DNA from: an uncultured delta proteobacterium
Lineage (GTDB): Bacteria > Desulfobacterota > Binatia > DP-6
Reading direction: 5' to 3'
DNA length: 64,000 bases
Assembly: GCA_963815115.1 (NCBI GenBank)
Contig: CAWFFN010000008.1
Coordinates: 768,001-832,000 of the forward strand
A program made the position numbers and the translations under genes. This document shows positions 50,998 to 61,805 of the stretch, in pieces. The notes beneath the pieces are model-generated. The model was not told the origin of the DNA and did no database searches. It worked only from the letters and a program-made list of their open reading frames with translations. The first letter of the stretch is position 1, and each line of letters starts with the position of its first letter.

Positions 50998-53537
50998 CAG
51001 GACCCGACACATCTCTCCACGGCTTTTGGGACAGGCCGCTGCGCGATCTGCTTGGACTGCTGCAGGCAACGCCGGCCGGCCTGAGTTCCGATGAGGCGAC
51101 GCGGCGCCTGCGTCTCTATGGCCCCAACAGCCTTGTGCGCGAGTCGCGCTTTGCAGGGCCGATCGGTTTCCTCCGCTTCCTGGCCAATCCCCTCGTCATC
51201 ATCCTTCTCGTAGCCAGCGTCATTACTCTCGCGCTCGGTGACAGGGTCGGCGGACTGATCATCATCTCGCTCGTCCTGTTCAGCGTGCTACTGAACTTCT
51301 TCATGGAGTTCCAGGCCCGACATGCGGTGGAGGAAATTCAGAAGCAGGTCGCCACAACGGCGGCCGTTGTGCGTGACGGGCGAGAACAGGAACTGCCGAT
51401 AGCGGAACTGGTCCGAGGGGACATCGTCAGGCTCGCTGCCGGAGACCTCGTGCCCGCGGACGCCCGTTTGTTGGAAACAAAGGACCTGCACGTGCGTGAG
51501 TCGTCCCTCACTGGAGAGTCTTTGCCCGTCGAGAAGGCAGCCAAGGATCTTCCCGAGGGAAAGCACGGCGTTGCCGACGCCAGCAACAGCGTCTTCCTGG
51601 GCACTGCCGTCCAGACAGGGATGGCCACCGCGGTCATCGTTTGCACAGGGACAGACACCGCTTTCGGCGCGATTGCCCAGCGCTTGGCGATGCGGCCGCC
51701 GGAGACCGAGTTCGGCCGTGGCATACGCCACTTCGGGCTGATGATCACACGGGTGATCATGCTGCTGGTGCTGTTCGTTCTGCTGGTCAACATCGTTTTC
51801 AAGCGCCCGCTGCTGGAGTCGTTTCTCTTCTCTGTCGCACTCGCAGTCGGGATGACACCTGAGATGATGCCGATGATCATCACCGTCACCCTGGCGCAAG
51901 GCGCGCGGCGGATGGCGAGGAAGAAGGTCCTCGTCAAGCAACTGGCGGCCATTGAGGACTTCGGGAGCGTGGGAATCCTGTGCAGCGACAAGACGGGCAC
52001 ACTGACCGACGGCGAAATCGTGCTCGATCGGCACGTGGATGTCCAAGGCACTGATGACGACAATATCCTGCGCTTCATCTACCTGAACAGCTACTTCCAA
52101 GCGGGCCTCAAGAGTCCCTTGGACGACGCGATCTTGAAGCACGAGCACCCGGCCATCGTCGAGTACGAGAAGGTGGACGAGATCCCGTTCGACTTCAACC
52201 GCAAACGCCTCTCGGTGGTGGTGCGACGAGGTAGCGAACATCTCCTGGTCACCAAAGGCGAGGCCGAGAGCGTCCTTGCCATCTGCGAGACGGTGACCAT
52301 CGATGGGACTCCCCAGCCGTTCGACGACAGTCGCCGCGCTCGGGCCGCCGAGACCTTCCAAAAGCTGAGTGCCGACGGGTATCGCACGCTGGGAGTCGCA
52401 GTGCGACGGGTGGCGAAGCAGGATGTCTACACCTCGGCGGCCGAGCAGGGCATGACGCTGGCCGGGTTCGCGGCCTTCCTCGACCCGCCCAAGGAGGGGA
52501 TTCTCTCCGTCCTCGAGGCGCTGAAACAAAATGGCGTCGCCGTGGTCATCATGACCGGCGACAACCAGTATGTCACCAAGAAGGTGGCGCACGACGTGGG
52601 TCTGGAAGCAGACCGCATCGTCACCGGGAACCAGATCGACACGATGGATGATGCCGCCCTGGCCTACCAGGCGGAGAACGGCGCCATCTTTGCCCGCGTG
52701 TCTCCGGAACAGAAAAACCGGGTCATCCTTTCCCTGAAGGCACGTGGGCACGTCGTCGGGTACATCGGTGACGGCATCAACGACGCCCCGTCACTGCACA
52801 CCGCAGATGTGGGAATTTCCGTCGTCAACGGCGTGGAGGTAGCGAAGGACGCCGCGAAGATCATTCTGCTCGAGAAGGATCTGGCGGTCTTGAACGACGG
52901 GGTCATCGAGGGGCGGCGCAGCTTCGCCAACATCATGAAGTACATCATCATGGGGACGAGCTCGAACTTCGGCAACATGTTCAGCATGGCCGCGGCATCG
53001 CTCTTCCTGCCATTCCTGCCTATGCTGCCGACTCAAATCCTGCTGAACAACTTGCTGTACGACGTCTCGCAGATCACCATCCCCATCGACACCGTCGATG
53101 CCGCGCTCCTCCGCCAGCCCAAGCGATGGCAGATCGGGTTCATCCGCCAGTTCATGATGATCATCGGCCCGATCAGTTCGATCTACGACTTCCTCACGTT
53201 CGGCCTCCTGTTCTGGGTGTTCCAGGCATCCGCAAACCCGTCGCTCTTCCACACGGGATGGTTCGTGGAATCGCTGGCGACGCAGACGCTCGTCGTGTTC
53301 GTGATCCGGACCGCCGGCAACCCCTTCAAGAGCCGCCCGAGCTGGCCGCTGCTGATCGCGGTACTGACCGTCGTAGCCGTCGCGACCGGGCTGCCGTATA
53401 CCCCGCTGCGGGATCCGCTGGGGTTCACCCCCTTGCCGCTTCTGCTCTTGGGAACGATCGCGCTTCTGACCCTCACGTACCTCGTGCTGGTTCAGGTAGT
53501 GAAGACCTGGTTCTATCGGAGACACGCGTTGCTCTGA
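50994..53537 (+). CDS. mgtA: magnesium-translocating P-type ATPase
   Basis: LTGES, AVGMTPEM, DKTGTLT, TGD, GDGIND, SSNFGNMFS, GWFVESL.TQ. Confidence 0.95.
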   Translation: MTGPDTSLHGFWDRPLRDLLGLLQATPAGLSSDEATRRLRLYGPNSLVRESRFAGPIGFLRFLANPLVIILLVASVITLALGDRVGGLIIISLVLFSVLLNFFMEFQARHAVEEIQKQVATTAAVVRDGREQELPIAELVRGDIVRLAAGDLVPADARLLETKDLHVRESSLTGESLPVEKAAKDLPEGKHGVADASNSVFLGTAVQTGMATAVIVCTGTDTAFGAIAQRLAMRPPETEFGRGIRHFGLMITRVIMLLVLFVLLVNIVFKRPLLESFLFSVALAVGMTPEMMPMIITVTLAQGARRMARKKVLVKQLAAIEDFGSVGILCSDKTGTLTDGEIVLDRHVDVQGTDDDNILRFIYLNSYFQAGLKSPLDDAILKHEHPAIVEYEKVDEIPFDFNRKRLSVVVRRGSEHLLVTKGEAESVLAICETVTIDGTPQPFDDSRRARAAETFQKLSADGYRTLGVAVRRVAKQDVYTSAAEQGMTLAGFAAFLDPPKEGILSVLEALKQNGVAVVIMTGDNQYVTKKVAHDVGLEADRIVTGNQIDTMDDAALAYQAENGAIFARVSPEQKNRVILSLKARGHVVGYIGDGINDAPSLHTADVGISVVNGVEVAKDAAKIILLEKDLAVLNDGVIEGRRSFANIMKYIIMGTSSNFGNMFSMAAASLFLPFLPMLPTQILLNNLLYDVSQITIPIDTVDAALLRQPKRWQIGFIRQFMMIIGPISSIYDFLTFGLLFWVFQASANPSLFHTGWFVESLATQTLVVFVIRTAGNPFKSRPSWPLLIAVLTVVAVATGLPYTPLRDPLGFTPLPLLLLGTIALLTLTYLVLVQVVKTWFYRRHALL

Positions 53538-53588
53538 ACGGATCGCACGGCCAGGACTGGCGCGCACGCCGGGCAGGCCCGGTGCGTC

Positions 53589-54128
53589 CTATGGGCGTCG
53601 TCTTGCTTTTGCGGCGGGCACCTTGCGGGGCTGCCAGCTCGCAAGCAGGGTCCGATCGTCCGACCACACGTAGGACGTGCGGCCCCCGAAGGCCTTCTTC
53701 AGCTCGTGGGCGATCCGATGTGCGAGCTTCTGTGAGGTGGTGAGCACCTCGAGGACCTTTCCGCGGCGCTCGACCGACACGACCCGCCGCTCGGGCTGCG
53801 TGAAGGCCGCGCGCGCAGCAACGTTCTGGATGCGGCGGCGGATGGCGTCTTCGTCCGCTGCGGCAGCGTCGCGGATGAGGACTCTCCCGAAGTACTCCTC
53901 GCACCCCGTCTGCCGGCAGGCGGGACATACCACCCACCTGGCCCGGGCCAACAAAGCATCGCTGACCGCGTGGTTCCGTCGCCACGTTCGGCGCGAGAAC
54001 GACGCTCCGCAGCGCTCGCACATCGCGGCCTCTCCCGGACGACCGGCCCTTGCCTCGACCGGGCGCACCTTCTCGCTTCGAGTGCCGCGGCGGTTGAGGC
54101 TCCGGATGAGGCCCTTGCCCTGATCCAT
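53589..54128 (-). CDS. BCAM0308-like Zn-ribbon protein
   Basis: CERCG...W, CPAC, LTTSQKLAHRI..L.KAF.G. Confidence 0.65.
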   Translation of the reverse strand: MDQGKGLIRSLNRRGTRSEKVRPVEARAGRPGEAAMCERCGASFSRRTWRRNHAVSDALLARARWVVCPACRQTGCEEYFGRVLIRDAAAADEDAIRRRIQNVAARAAFTQPERRVVSVERRGKVLEVLTTSQKLAHRIAHELKKAFGGRTSYVWSDDRTLLASWQPRKVPAAKARRRP

Positions 54129-54146
54129 TCCGCCTACCCCAAGGCT

Positions 54147-54473
54147 TTAGCGCTTGGCCGTGTGATGCTGGGCGCTCGCTTCGGCCCGCGCGCCTCTCCG
54201 CTTGGCCGCTTCGGCCAGCAGCTCCGATGCCAGGGTTCCGACCTCCCGGTTGATCCCGCGGATCACATCGTAGATCGCCCCGATCGTGTGATCCCGCACG
54301 CGCCGCACTTCCTTGGCCGACCCTCTCAGCAGCTCGCTCTCTTCGAGCATCTTGAGCGGCAGGTCGGCGATCGACTTGTGTATCTCCTCGACCGTCGTCG
54401 CTCCCTTGTCGATGGCGTCCTGAATGAAGCTGGCCAGTGCCTTCCCTTTTTCACTGTGCCCTTCGGTGGTCAT
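54147..54473 (-). CDS. hypothetical helical protein
   Basis: DAIDKGATTVEEIHKSIA; GGAGG RBS. Confidence 0.7.
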   Translation of the reverse strand: MTTEGHSEKGKALASFIQDAIDKGATTVEEIHKSIADLPLKMLEESELLRGSAKEVRRVRDHTIGAIYDVIRGINREVGTLASELLAEAAKRRGARAEASAQHHTAKR

Positions 54474-55093
54474 GACATGTCCTCCCGCGCGCTAACGGAG
54501 CAACCGCCATGCCGCCCACCGACGTGAGGAGCCCGGCCCCTCTCCCGGCTCGACTTTCTCATCGGCGGGAACGATTACCCATCTCCTTCGCGGGGCCGCG
54601 AAAAGCACACGAGCAATCAAGTCAACAGGGATCGGCTCTCAACGAAATTATCGACAGGCCATGGGCCACGTGGGCAGAAGGGACGGGAGGCCATGGACAG
54701 CCGGCACCTCTCACGGACAAGCACCCGTGGAGGCGGGAGCCATCGAGAAGCGTGAATCAGCGCTTGAGCGTTATCAGGGTCGCTTGCCACCCCGCCGCCC
54801 GCGCCGCCGCGAGCATCTCCGGCGCACCCTCCACCGGATCACCGTAGCGGTCTACGAGCGACGAGCGGTTCGTCGAAACCTGGGTGCACTACTGTCACGA
54901 TCTCATGACCGGCACATCGACATGACAAAAATGGAACTCCGGGAAAGCCGGGGCTGTTTAGAATCGGCGATCCCAGAAATTCCCCTGCGCTACCCACTCG
55001 CCACCCGGCGGCCTCGAGGCGCTTCCTTGTCCGTACCGCATATGCCCAAGGGTATGGCGATCACCGGCGGCGGCCGACGGCTGCATCGTCATT

Positions 55094-55357
55094 TTACGCC
55101 GCGACTTCGACGGTCGCGTAGAAGTCGACCTGACAAGGGGTACGGCGCGGCCTGATGGCACGATGCCGCGGGGCGGGAATCTTGAGACCATCCTCGCGCA
55201 TCCCGCGAAGGTGTATCTCGATCGCTCCCTCGATCCGCCGCAGCGCCGAGTCGATCGTCTTCCCCGTCGCGACGCAGCCGGGAAGATCCGGGACCGATGC
55301 CCCCCAGTCGCTCCCCGGATCTTTGTTGATTCGAACCAGATACTGGACCCTCTTCAT
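55094..55357 (-). CDS. hicB: HicB-family antitoxin
   Basis: WGASVPDLPGCVATGKT...IEGAIEIHL..MREDG..IP. Confidence 0.88.
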   Translation of the reverse strand: MKRVQYLVRINKDPGSDWGASVPDLPGCVATGKTIDSALRRIEGAIEIHLRGMREDGLKIPAPRHRAIRPRRTPCQVDFYATVEVAA

Positions 55358-55359
55358 CG

Positions 55360-55407
55360 GAGCTCCCTCAACTGGCCTGCCGTCGTACCGACCTCCCGCA
55401 CCTTCAC
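55360..55407 (-). pseudogene. HicA toxin vestige (internal deletion)
   Basis: GTG AAG GTG CGG GAG GTC (MKVREV) followed within 30 bp by RQA, directly upstream of hicB. Confidence 0.5.
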
Positions 55408-55581
55408 GTGCGCAACGTATCAGCTCGAATCGCCCCAATCGACACCGACCGATGCGCCATCGGGAACCAACAAGGTGAGCCTGCTGCCGCTGAAGGCGTT
55501 TCGGGAATTCCAATTCTGCGTCCCCGGCAGTTCGGGGAGCACTGCTCCTGACCGTCGGCCGCGAACGACTGGTGGGGCGCC

Positions 55582-57951
55582 CTACCCTTCGAGCCTGAGC
55601 GCGGCGCGCAGGCGCGCGAAATCAAACCGCGCTCCCTCCGCGAGCCGACTCTCGTGGTTCTCCAGCTCCTTCAAGAGCACGTCCACGCGCTCCCGGCCGG
55701 CCTTGGTGCGCACCGCCTCACGAGGCGTCTGGCCGCGGAGCACCGGGAGCGGCTGGTCAATCCAGTCCGCATAGTGGCGCTCCTTGTAGGCGCGCAGGAG
55801 CTCGGTCGCCTCCGGCGATTCGACCGGCACGGGTACCCCGCGGTGGGCTGCCTGCACACGCGGGGACGTTGGATCGACGTGTTCGCGCGCCCGGTGTCGG
55901 AGGCGGCCGCCGCACGCCGTCTCGATCCGCTGGCGGAGTGTGTCCGCCCGGCGCACCGAGTTCGTCTCGAGCTTCAGCGTACCGTCGGCCACGACCGCCC
56001 GGCCGACGACGGTGTTTTCCCAGCTCTTGTGCATGGCGTTCCCGGGACGCACGAAGGTGAAGCCGGGCTCTGGCTCGTCCGCTTCCGGCAACTGCACGTG
56101 CTCCATCCCCCCGAGGCACGCCTCGACGTCGGCGCGATCGGTGGGCGCGAAAACGAAGTGGTCGATCGTGAGCAGGAGCGGGTCGCCGTCGGTGTTGTGG
56201 AGCTGGGGTGGAACCGCCTGTGCCCGGTCGAGGTCGGCGACGGCGTCCTCCCAGCGCGCGATCAGGCGGCGGCCGATCGTGCCGTCGCGCAGGCGCTCCA
56301 CGGGAACGGGCCCTTTGGTGCGGAGCGTGGTGCGGATCCGCCGCACGACCGTGGCCGCCGCGGCCGGTGGGAGTGGCCGGGGATGGCTGCCGCAGAAGAC
56401 GGCTTCTCCGGCGTGCTCGACCACCCGCGCGAGCACGGCATCCCTCCGGACAAGCGTCCGCGAACCGCTGACCTCGTGGACCTGCCGCTCTTCTCCACTG
56501 AGGAGGTCCCGCAGGGTGATCCCCGCCCCGGGCTCGACCGTGAGCACTTCCCAGACGGAGAGCCACGCCTGCTGCTGCGCTGCGAGCCAGTCGCGCGCCG
56601 CGGTCGGCAGATGCCGGCCGCGCTCCGCCAGGTACCAGGCGACAATCGGGCGCCCCTCCACGTGAAAACCATAGACCGCCCAGGGACAGAAGAGCTGCAG
56701 GGTGGTCTCGGGGTCGTGGAAATCCCGGGCCGCACGCGAGATCACGTCGCCGAAGCGGCGACGCGCGTAGTGCATCATGTCGAGGACGAGCCGTTCATCG
56801 ATGGCATGGACGGGCGCTGGTTGGGCTGCGGGCGCCCTCTCGTCGCCGGCACGGAGGCAGCACTTCTTGTACTTCTTCCCGCTGCCACACGGGCACGGGG
56901 CGTTGCGCGCGACCTTCGGCGCAGCCCGGCGGCTCGGCTCGAGCGGCGGCTCATCGAGTGCGAACGCACCGTGCGCCTCGTACGGGACCGTCACCCGGAC
57001 GGCCAGATCGGCTTCGTCGGTGTACGTCTCGCAGACGGGCTCAGCGGGCTCCTGCGCGAAGACCCGCGGATGCCGCACGCTGAATGCGACGAGCGCCTGG
57101 GCACACGCGGCCACGACGCGCACATCCTGCTCGGTGAGGGGACGCGGCAGCCCGTCGCGGTCGCGGTGCTCGACTCGCGGATAGGCCTGCGGTCCGGCCA
57201 CCGGCCAGCCGTGCGCGGCGAGCTCGCGCCGCCGCGAGGGGGCCACGTCGGCCCCGCGTTCGAAGGTCAGGGAGAGGGCCGTCGTGCCGAAGTCGAGTTC
57301 CTCACGGCGGGATGCGTCTGCCGTATCGATGAACGCCTCATAGCCCGCCAGCGACGGGAAGAGTACGAAGCCCAGGCTTTCCCCGAGGCCCCCGATGATG
57401 GACAGGCACGCGCCATGGACCCCGAGCGCCGGGATGTCGACGCGGAGGACCTGGTCGTCGCTCGCGGTCTTCCACGGGGCGAGGCGATAGAGCATCTCCG
57501 CCGCCCGGAAGAGGATCGCGACGACGTCGGCCGGCACGCGCCCCGCCTCGAGATAGCTCTCCCGCTCGTCGCTCGCCGGCATGGCCGCGGCCATCTGGGC
57601 GAGCACGGCGTGCAGCTCCGGCGTCGGGGCCACGACCACGTCGATGTCGGGCACCGCGGCCCGCACCTCGACGGCGAGCGCCCGATCGGCCACGCGGATC
57701 CGCGCCGGCCGGCGCGGCCGTCCGACGAGCGGCTGCGCCATGGTGCGCACGAGGATCTGGGTGACCGAGACGGGGGCCCGGGGATCGACGACTTCCGTGC
57801 CGACTACGACGGCGTCGGGCAGCTCGAGCCAGAGGACCACCTCGACCCGGTATGGCTCGCCCGCCATCACATACGCCGGGGCGGCGAGCTGCCCGCCCAC
57901 CCACTCGCCCGTGTCGATCGAGGGCGGGTGCCGATTCCGTCGCGTGCTCAC
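55582..57951 (-). CDS. multidomain SEC-C motif protein with MbcA/ParS-like C-terminal domain
   Basis: [17 protein letters not shown]; C-terminal [16 protein letters not shown]; GTGA overlap with the upstream ORF. Confidence 0.8.
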   Translation of the reverse strand: MSTRRNRHPPSIDTGEWVGGQLAAPAYVMAGEPYRVEVVLWLELPDAVVVGTEVVDPRAPVSVTQILVRTMAQPLVGRPRRPARIRVADRALAVEVRAAVPDIDVVVAPTPELHAVLAQMAAAMPASDERESYLEAGRVPADVVAILFRAAEMLYRLAPWKTASDDQVLRVDIPALGVHGACLSIIGGLGESLGFVLFPSLAGYEAFIDTADASRREELDFGTTALSLTFERGADVAPSRRRELAAHGWPVAGPQAYPRVEHRDRDGLPRPLTEQDVRVVAACAQALVAFSVRHPRVFAQEPAEPVCETYTDEADLAVRVTVPYEAHGAFALDEPPLEPSRRAAPKVARNAPCPCGSGKKYKKCCLRAGDERAPAAQPAPVHAIDERLVLDMMHYARRRFGDVISRAARDFHDPETTLQLFCPWAVYGFHVEGRPIVAWYLAERGRHLPTAARDWLAAQQQAWLSVWEVLTVEPGAGITLRDLLSGEERQVHEVSGSRTLVRRDAVLARVVEHAGEAVFCGSHPRPLPPAAAATVVRRIRTTLRTKGPVPVERLRDGTIGRRLIARWEDAVADLDRAQAVPPQLHNTDGDPLLLTIDHFVFAPTDRADVEACLGGMEHVQLPEADEPEPGFTFVRPGNAMHKSWENTVVGRAVVADGTLKLETNSVRRADTLRQRIETACGGRLRHRAREHVDPTSPRVQAAHRGVPVPVESPEATELLRAYKERHYADWIDQPLPVLRGQTPREAVRTKAGRERVDVLLKELENHESRLAEGARFDFARLRAALRLEG

Positions 57952-58235
57952 GTGGCCCCCCGGGCTCGTGCCCGGTATCTCTTCCGAAGCTCCGCCATGA
58001 CTTGCTCGCCGGGAGGCGCTGCGCCCCGATCGAGGGCGGCGACGAGTTTCCGGTCGATTCGCTTGCGGAGCTTCCGCTCAAGAGCGTCGAGCACGGGAGC
58101 ATCCCGGATGGGCTTCCTCGTGAGCAGCGCCTTCATGAGCCGGCCCTGCCGTCTCGGCGTGGCGGTGCTGGAACTCACGGACGAGCTCGCGCACGAATTC
58201 GCTGGGGGTGCTGCCCGAGCCGCTTTCCCCTTCGC
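57948..58235 (-). pseudogene. second ParD-like antitoxin remnant
   Basis: SG.GSTPSEFVRELVRE, then after a frameshift [12 protein letters not shown]. Confidence 0.6.
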
Positions 58236-58397
58236 GTAATGGCCCCATCTCGGGCATCCCAGCCAGGAGCTCGAAGGCTCGCTCGACAGCTTCAGAAACT
58301 CCTCCGCCTTCTCAACCGAGCCACGTTCACCGATGTAAACGAAGTGGTCGAGGAGGTCGACCTTGGCGCGGGGTCGCTCGAGGACCCGAGCGCTCAC
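58236..58397 (-). pseudogene. ParE-like toxin, frameshifted and truncated
   Basis: PRAKVDLLDHFVYIGE...AEEFL / AVERAFELLAGMPEMG. Confidence 0.78.
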
Positions 58398-58663
58398 CTC
58401 ACCTTCTTCGTTCGCTTGGCGAGCCGCCGGCGGCCTTCACGGCGGATGTCGTCCCAATCCTTCTTCGTCATCGGCGTGGGTTCACCGCTGTCGAGAGCCT
58501 CCAGGAGATTCTGGTCGACCTCTGCGCGAAGCTCGCGCTGCTGTTCCCGTCGAAGAACGTGACGGACGAACTCACTCGCCGTCCCGTAGCCACGACGCTT
58601 CACTTGTTCCTCGACCCAGGTGCGCATGTCTGGGAGCACGGAGATGTTCAGGGCAGCACGCAT
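58394..58663 (-). CDS. ParD-like ribbon-helix-helix antitoxin
   Basis: LNISV...WVEEQV..GYGTASEFVR, LLEALDSG. Confidence 0.88.
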   Translation of the reverse strand: MRAALNISVLPDMRTWVEEQVKRRGYGTASEFVRHVLRREQQRELRAEVDQNLLEALDSGEPTPMTKKDWDDIRREGRRRLAKRTKKVR

Positions 58664-58704
58664 GGGTCGGGTCTACCACGATCGGCAAACTGTGCCACAG
58701 GATA

Positions 58705-58870
58705 TTACAGGCCCAGCGCGTTGCCCTTCTTCGCGAGCTTGCTGGACACCTGTACGCCCGCCTGCGCCGCGGCGTCGGCCGTGTTGAGCAGTTCCGCCGT
58801 CGTCGTCTCGTCGAGATACTCCCGCCGCAATTGTCGCAGACGCGCGCGGGCACCCCCCGGATAAACGCCG
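58705..58870 (-). pseudogene. YgiT/MqsA-type zinc finger fragment
   Basis: IRGVPARVCDNCG / EYLDETT..ELL. Confidence 0.7.
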
Positions 58871-59038
58871 GTTGCCCCACCGCGCTCCCAGCGTCTCGTG
58901 GCCTGCTTGCGAACGAGGTCGATCGCGCGCTGGCGCTATCGAACACGTCCCCCAGGCTGGGCAGCACACAACGAGCGCGCGTTTGGCGGTTGAATCCCCC
59001 CCCGCCCGGCGCAGGATCGCTGAGCGACGCCTCCCGCC

Positions 59039-59734
59039 CTAGAGCAGGGGGGCGATGCGCAGGTGGAGCCGCACGTGCAGGTTGTGAATGCCCACGTCGC
59101 GGAGCGGCAGCTCGAGAATGGTGCCGTCCCACACTCGCGGCGGGATGTGCACCCGGACCGGCGCCTCGGTCTCGACGACGCCGCGGTCGTCGCAGGTAGG
59201 GCAGGAGTGCAACCAATCACCACCGGTCCCACCGCAACGCGGGCAGGTCCGGAAGACGGGCACGCCTAGCCGCACGACGCCGCCCCGCTCGACCTCCGCT
59301 CCCGACAGGACCAGCTCGACGTCCAATGGCTGGAGCCGCTCGGCCTTGCTGGCCCGCGCGGTGAGCAGGTTGTGCAAGACGCGATCGAGGAGCTCCTCCG
59401 GCGAGGGATCCACGTGCCGGAACCCGCGCGGGATCGACACAGGCAGCGGTGCGAGCGGTTCCGGGGGCACGTCGTCCGCGAGCACGATCGAGTCCGGCGC
59501 GACGTCGAGCCGGCCCTCCGCGCGGCGCAGACCCTGGTCGTGGAGAGCGCGCTGTTCGTCGTGGGAGAGGACCTCGTAGGCCTCGACGACATCCCGGAAC
59601 GCCGTGGCTCCCTCGGGACCAGCCCGGTCGGGATGGTACTGCTTCGCCAGCTGGCGATATGCGTCGCGGATGCCGCGCGGGTCCTGCTCGTCCCGGGGAA
59701 CGCCGAGAATCAGATAGTAGTTCTTCATCATCAT
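59039..59734 (-). CDS. DnaJ-domain protein with Zn finger
   Basis: NYYLILGV, AYRQLAKQYHPD, CPRCGGTG, CPTC. Confidence 0.88.
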   Translation of the reverse strand: MMMKNYYLILGVPRDEQDPRGIRDAYRQLAKQYHPDRAGPEGATAFRDVVEAYEVLSHDEQRALHDQGLRRAEGRLDVAPDSIVLADDVPPEPLAPLPVSIPRGFRHVDPSPEELLDRVLHNLLTARASKAERLQPLDVELVLSGAEVERGGVVRLGVPVFRTCPRCGGTGGDWLHSCPTCDDRGVVETEAPVRVHIPPRVWDGTILELPLRDVGIHNLHVRLHLRIAPLL

Positions 59735-59807
59735 CGGGCTCCGTCCGCCGGCACCTCTCGAGGTGACGGCGCCACGGTAGGCCCGGGCGTGCACGTGCGC
59801 AAGACGG

Positions 59808-59960
59808 TCAGTGGGCGCCGAGCGGCTTCGGCGTCTCGATCGGGACGACCCGGTTAACCTCCCGTCCGCAGTCGGATATCACCGCGCCGCGCCCCCGCTT
59901 CACCTTGCGAAGAATCTCGCTCAGCTTCGCCTTGGCCTCGTGGACCGGCTAGGCGCGCGC
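59808..59960 (-). pseudogene. Phd/YefM antitoxin remnant
   Basis: VHEAKAKLSEILRKVKRG, frameshift, VISDCGREV.RVVPI. Confidence 0.7.
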
Positions 59961-60168
59961 GGCCTGTATCATCAGCATGGTCTTGATGGTCGAATAGTGT
60001 TGGTTCGTCGAGATCGACCCGCCCTTCACACGTAGCGCGCGGTCACACCCGGCTCGCGGACGTACGGCGCCACCGCGAGCACCAGGGAAGATGTGCACAG
60101 GTGGTCGTGCAGGGGCCGATGATTGGTTGAGGTCGTGAATCTGCGCCTCGAGGGACGGGAGTGGGTCG

Positions 60169-61801
60169 TTGCTTGACGCCCGCCGCGCCTTGTGCAACCC
60201 CGCGTCGCTCGTGGCGATTCGAAAACGCCTGGACCGGCTCGCGGCCCTCGCGGGTGTGGTCGCGCTCCTCGCGCTTGCGGCCCCCGGCTCCGCGACCGAG
60301 ACCGCCAGGTCGAAGCAGACCGGCGCGAAGGACCAGCCGAAGGCCGCCCCGGTCGCCGTACCCGCCTTCGATTTCGAGCGGGTCGCCAAGCTGGCCCGCA
60401 AGCTGGCGGCGGAGCCCTACCGGGACCCGAAGGGCGAGATACCCGACTGGCTACTCGGCATCAGCTACGACCAGTGGCGTGACATCCGCTTCCGGCCCGA
60501 CCACGCGCTCTGGGCAGACGGGTCGTCGCCGTTCCAGGTGCAGTTCTTTCACCCGGGGCTCTTCTATGACCGTCACGTGGCGATCAACGTGGTCGACGAC
60601 CAGGGCTCGAGGCCGGTCGCGTTCTCACCGTCGCTCTTCGACTACGGCCACAACGACTTCGCCAGCCGCGTGCCGCAGGACCTCGGCTTCGCGGGCTTCC
60701 GCCTCCACTATCCCTTGAAGAAGCCCGACTACCACGACGAGGTCATCGTGTTCCTCGGCGCGAGCTACTTCCGGGCGCTCGGGAAGGACGAGGTGTTCGG
60801 GCTGTCGGCGCGGGGACTCGCCATCGACACGGCGGAGTCGTGGGGGGAGGAGTTCCCCTGGTTCCGCGAGTTCTGGATCGTGCGTCCCGAGGCGAAGGCG
60901 AAGACGATCACGCTCTATGCGCTGCTCGACAGCCCACGCGTGGCCGGCGCCTACCGCTTCGTGGTCGAGCCCGGTGAGCAGACGCGGGTCGACGTCGAGT
61001 GCCAGCTCTTCCTGCGCGCGGAGGTGAAGAAGCTCGGCCTCGCGCCCCTCACCAGCATGTTCTTCCACGGGGAGAACACGGTGCGGCCGTTCGTCGACTT
61101 CCGGCCGGAGGCGCACGACTCGGACGGGCTCCTGCTGCTGCTCGGGAGCGGTGAATGGCTGTGGCGGCCGCTCGACAACCCGGCGCGCTTGAGCGTGAGC
61201 GCTCCACGCGCCGAGGCGCTGGCAGGCTTCGGCCTCCTCCAGCGCGACCGCAACTTCGATCACTACCAGGATCTCGAGACCACCTCGGAGCGGCGGCCGA
61301 GCGTCTGGCAGGTGCCGTGGGGCTGGGAGCCGGGCCGCGTCGAGCTGGTCGAGATCCCGACCAGCCGCGATACCAACGACAACGTCGTGACGTATTTCGT
61401 GCCCGACGCATGTGCCGAAGCCGGGCGAGGAGGCACGCTTCGGCTACACGCAGTGGTGGTACGGCGAGGACCCGACCCGCCCGCCTGACGGGCGCGTGCT
61501 GGGTACGCGGCGCGACGCCGGGACCATCGAGGGCGCAACGCGGTTCGTGATCGACTTCGCGGGCGGGAAGCTCGGCACCCTGCCGCCCGACGAAGTCCTG
61601 CGCGGCGTGGTGGACGTGACGGGTGGCGACGCGCAGGCCGAGATCCGGGACCAGCAGGTGGTGGCGAACCCGCACGTCGGGGGGTGGCGGCTCAGCTTCC
61701 AGGTGGTGCCGAAGAAGCGCGAGCCGGTCGAGCTGCGGGCGCACCTCGAGCGCGGCGGAGAGGTGCTCACGGAAATCTGGTCTTCTGCTATTCTTCCCTG
61801 A
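60169..61801 (+). CDS. opgG: periplasmic glucan biosynthesis protein G (frameshift near 61410; start uncertain)
   Basis: YDQWRDIRF, FLGASYFR, GLSARGLAIDT, APLTSMF, DFRPEAHDSDGL; C-terminus in ORF 61412-61801. Confidence 0.93.
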
Positions 61802-61805
61802 CCCC

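Noticed and set aside
55654-58239. 861-aa plus-strand ORF
   Set aside because: Antisense shadow of the SEC-C protein
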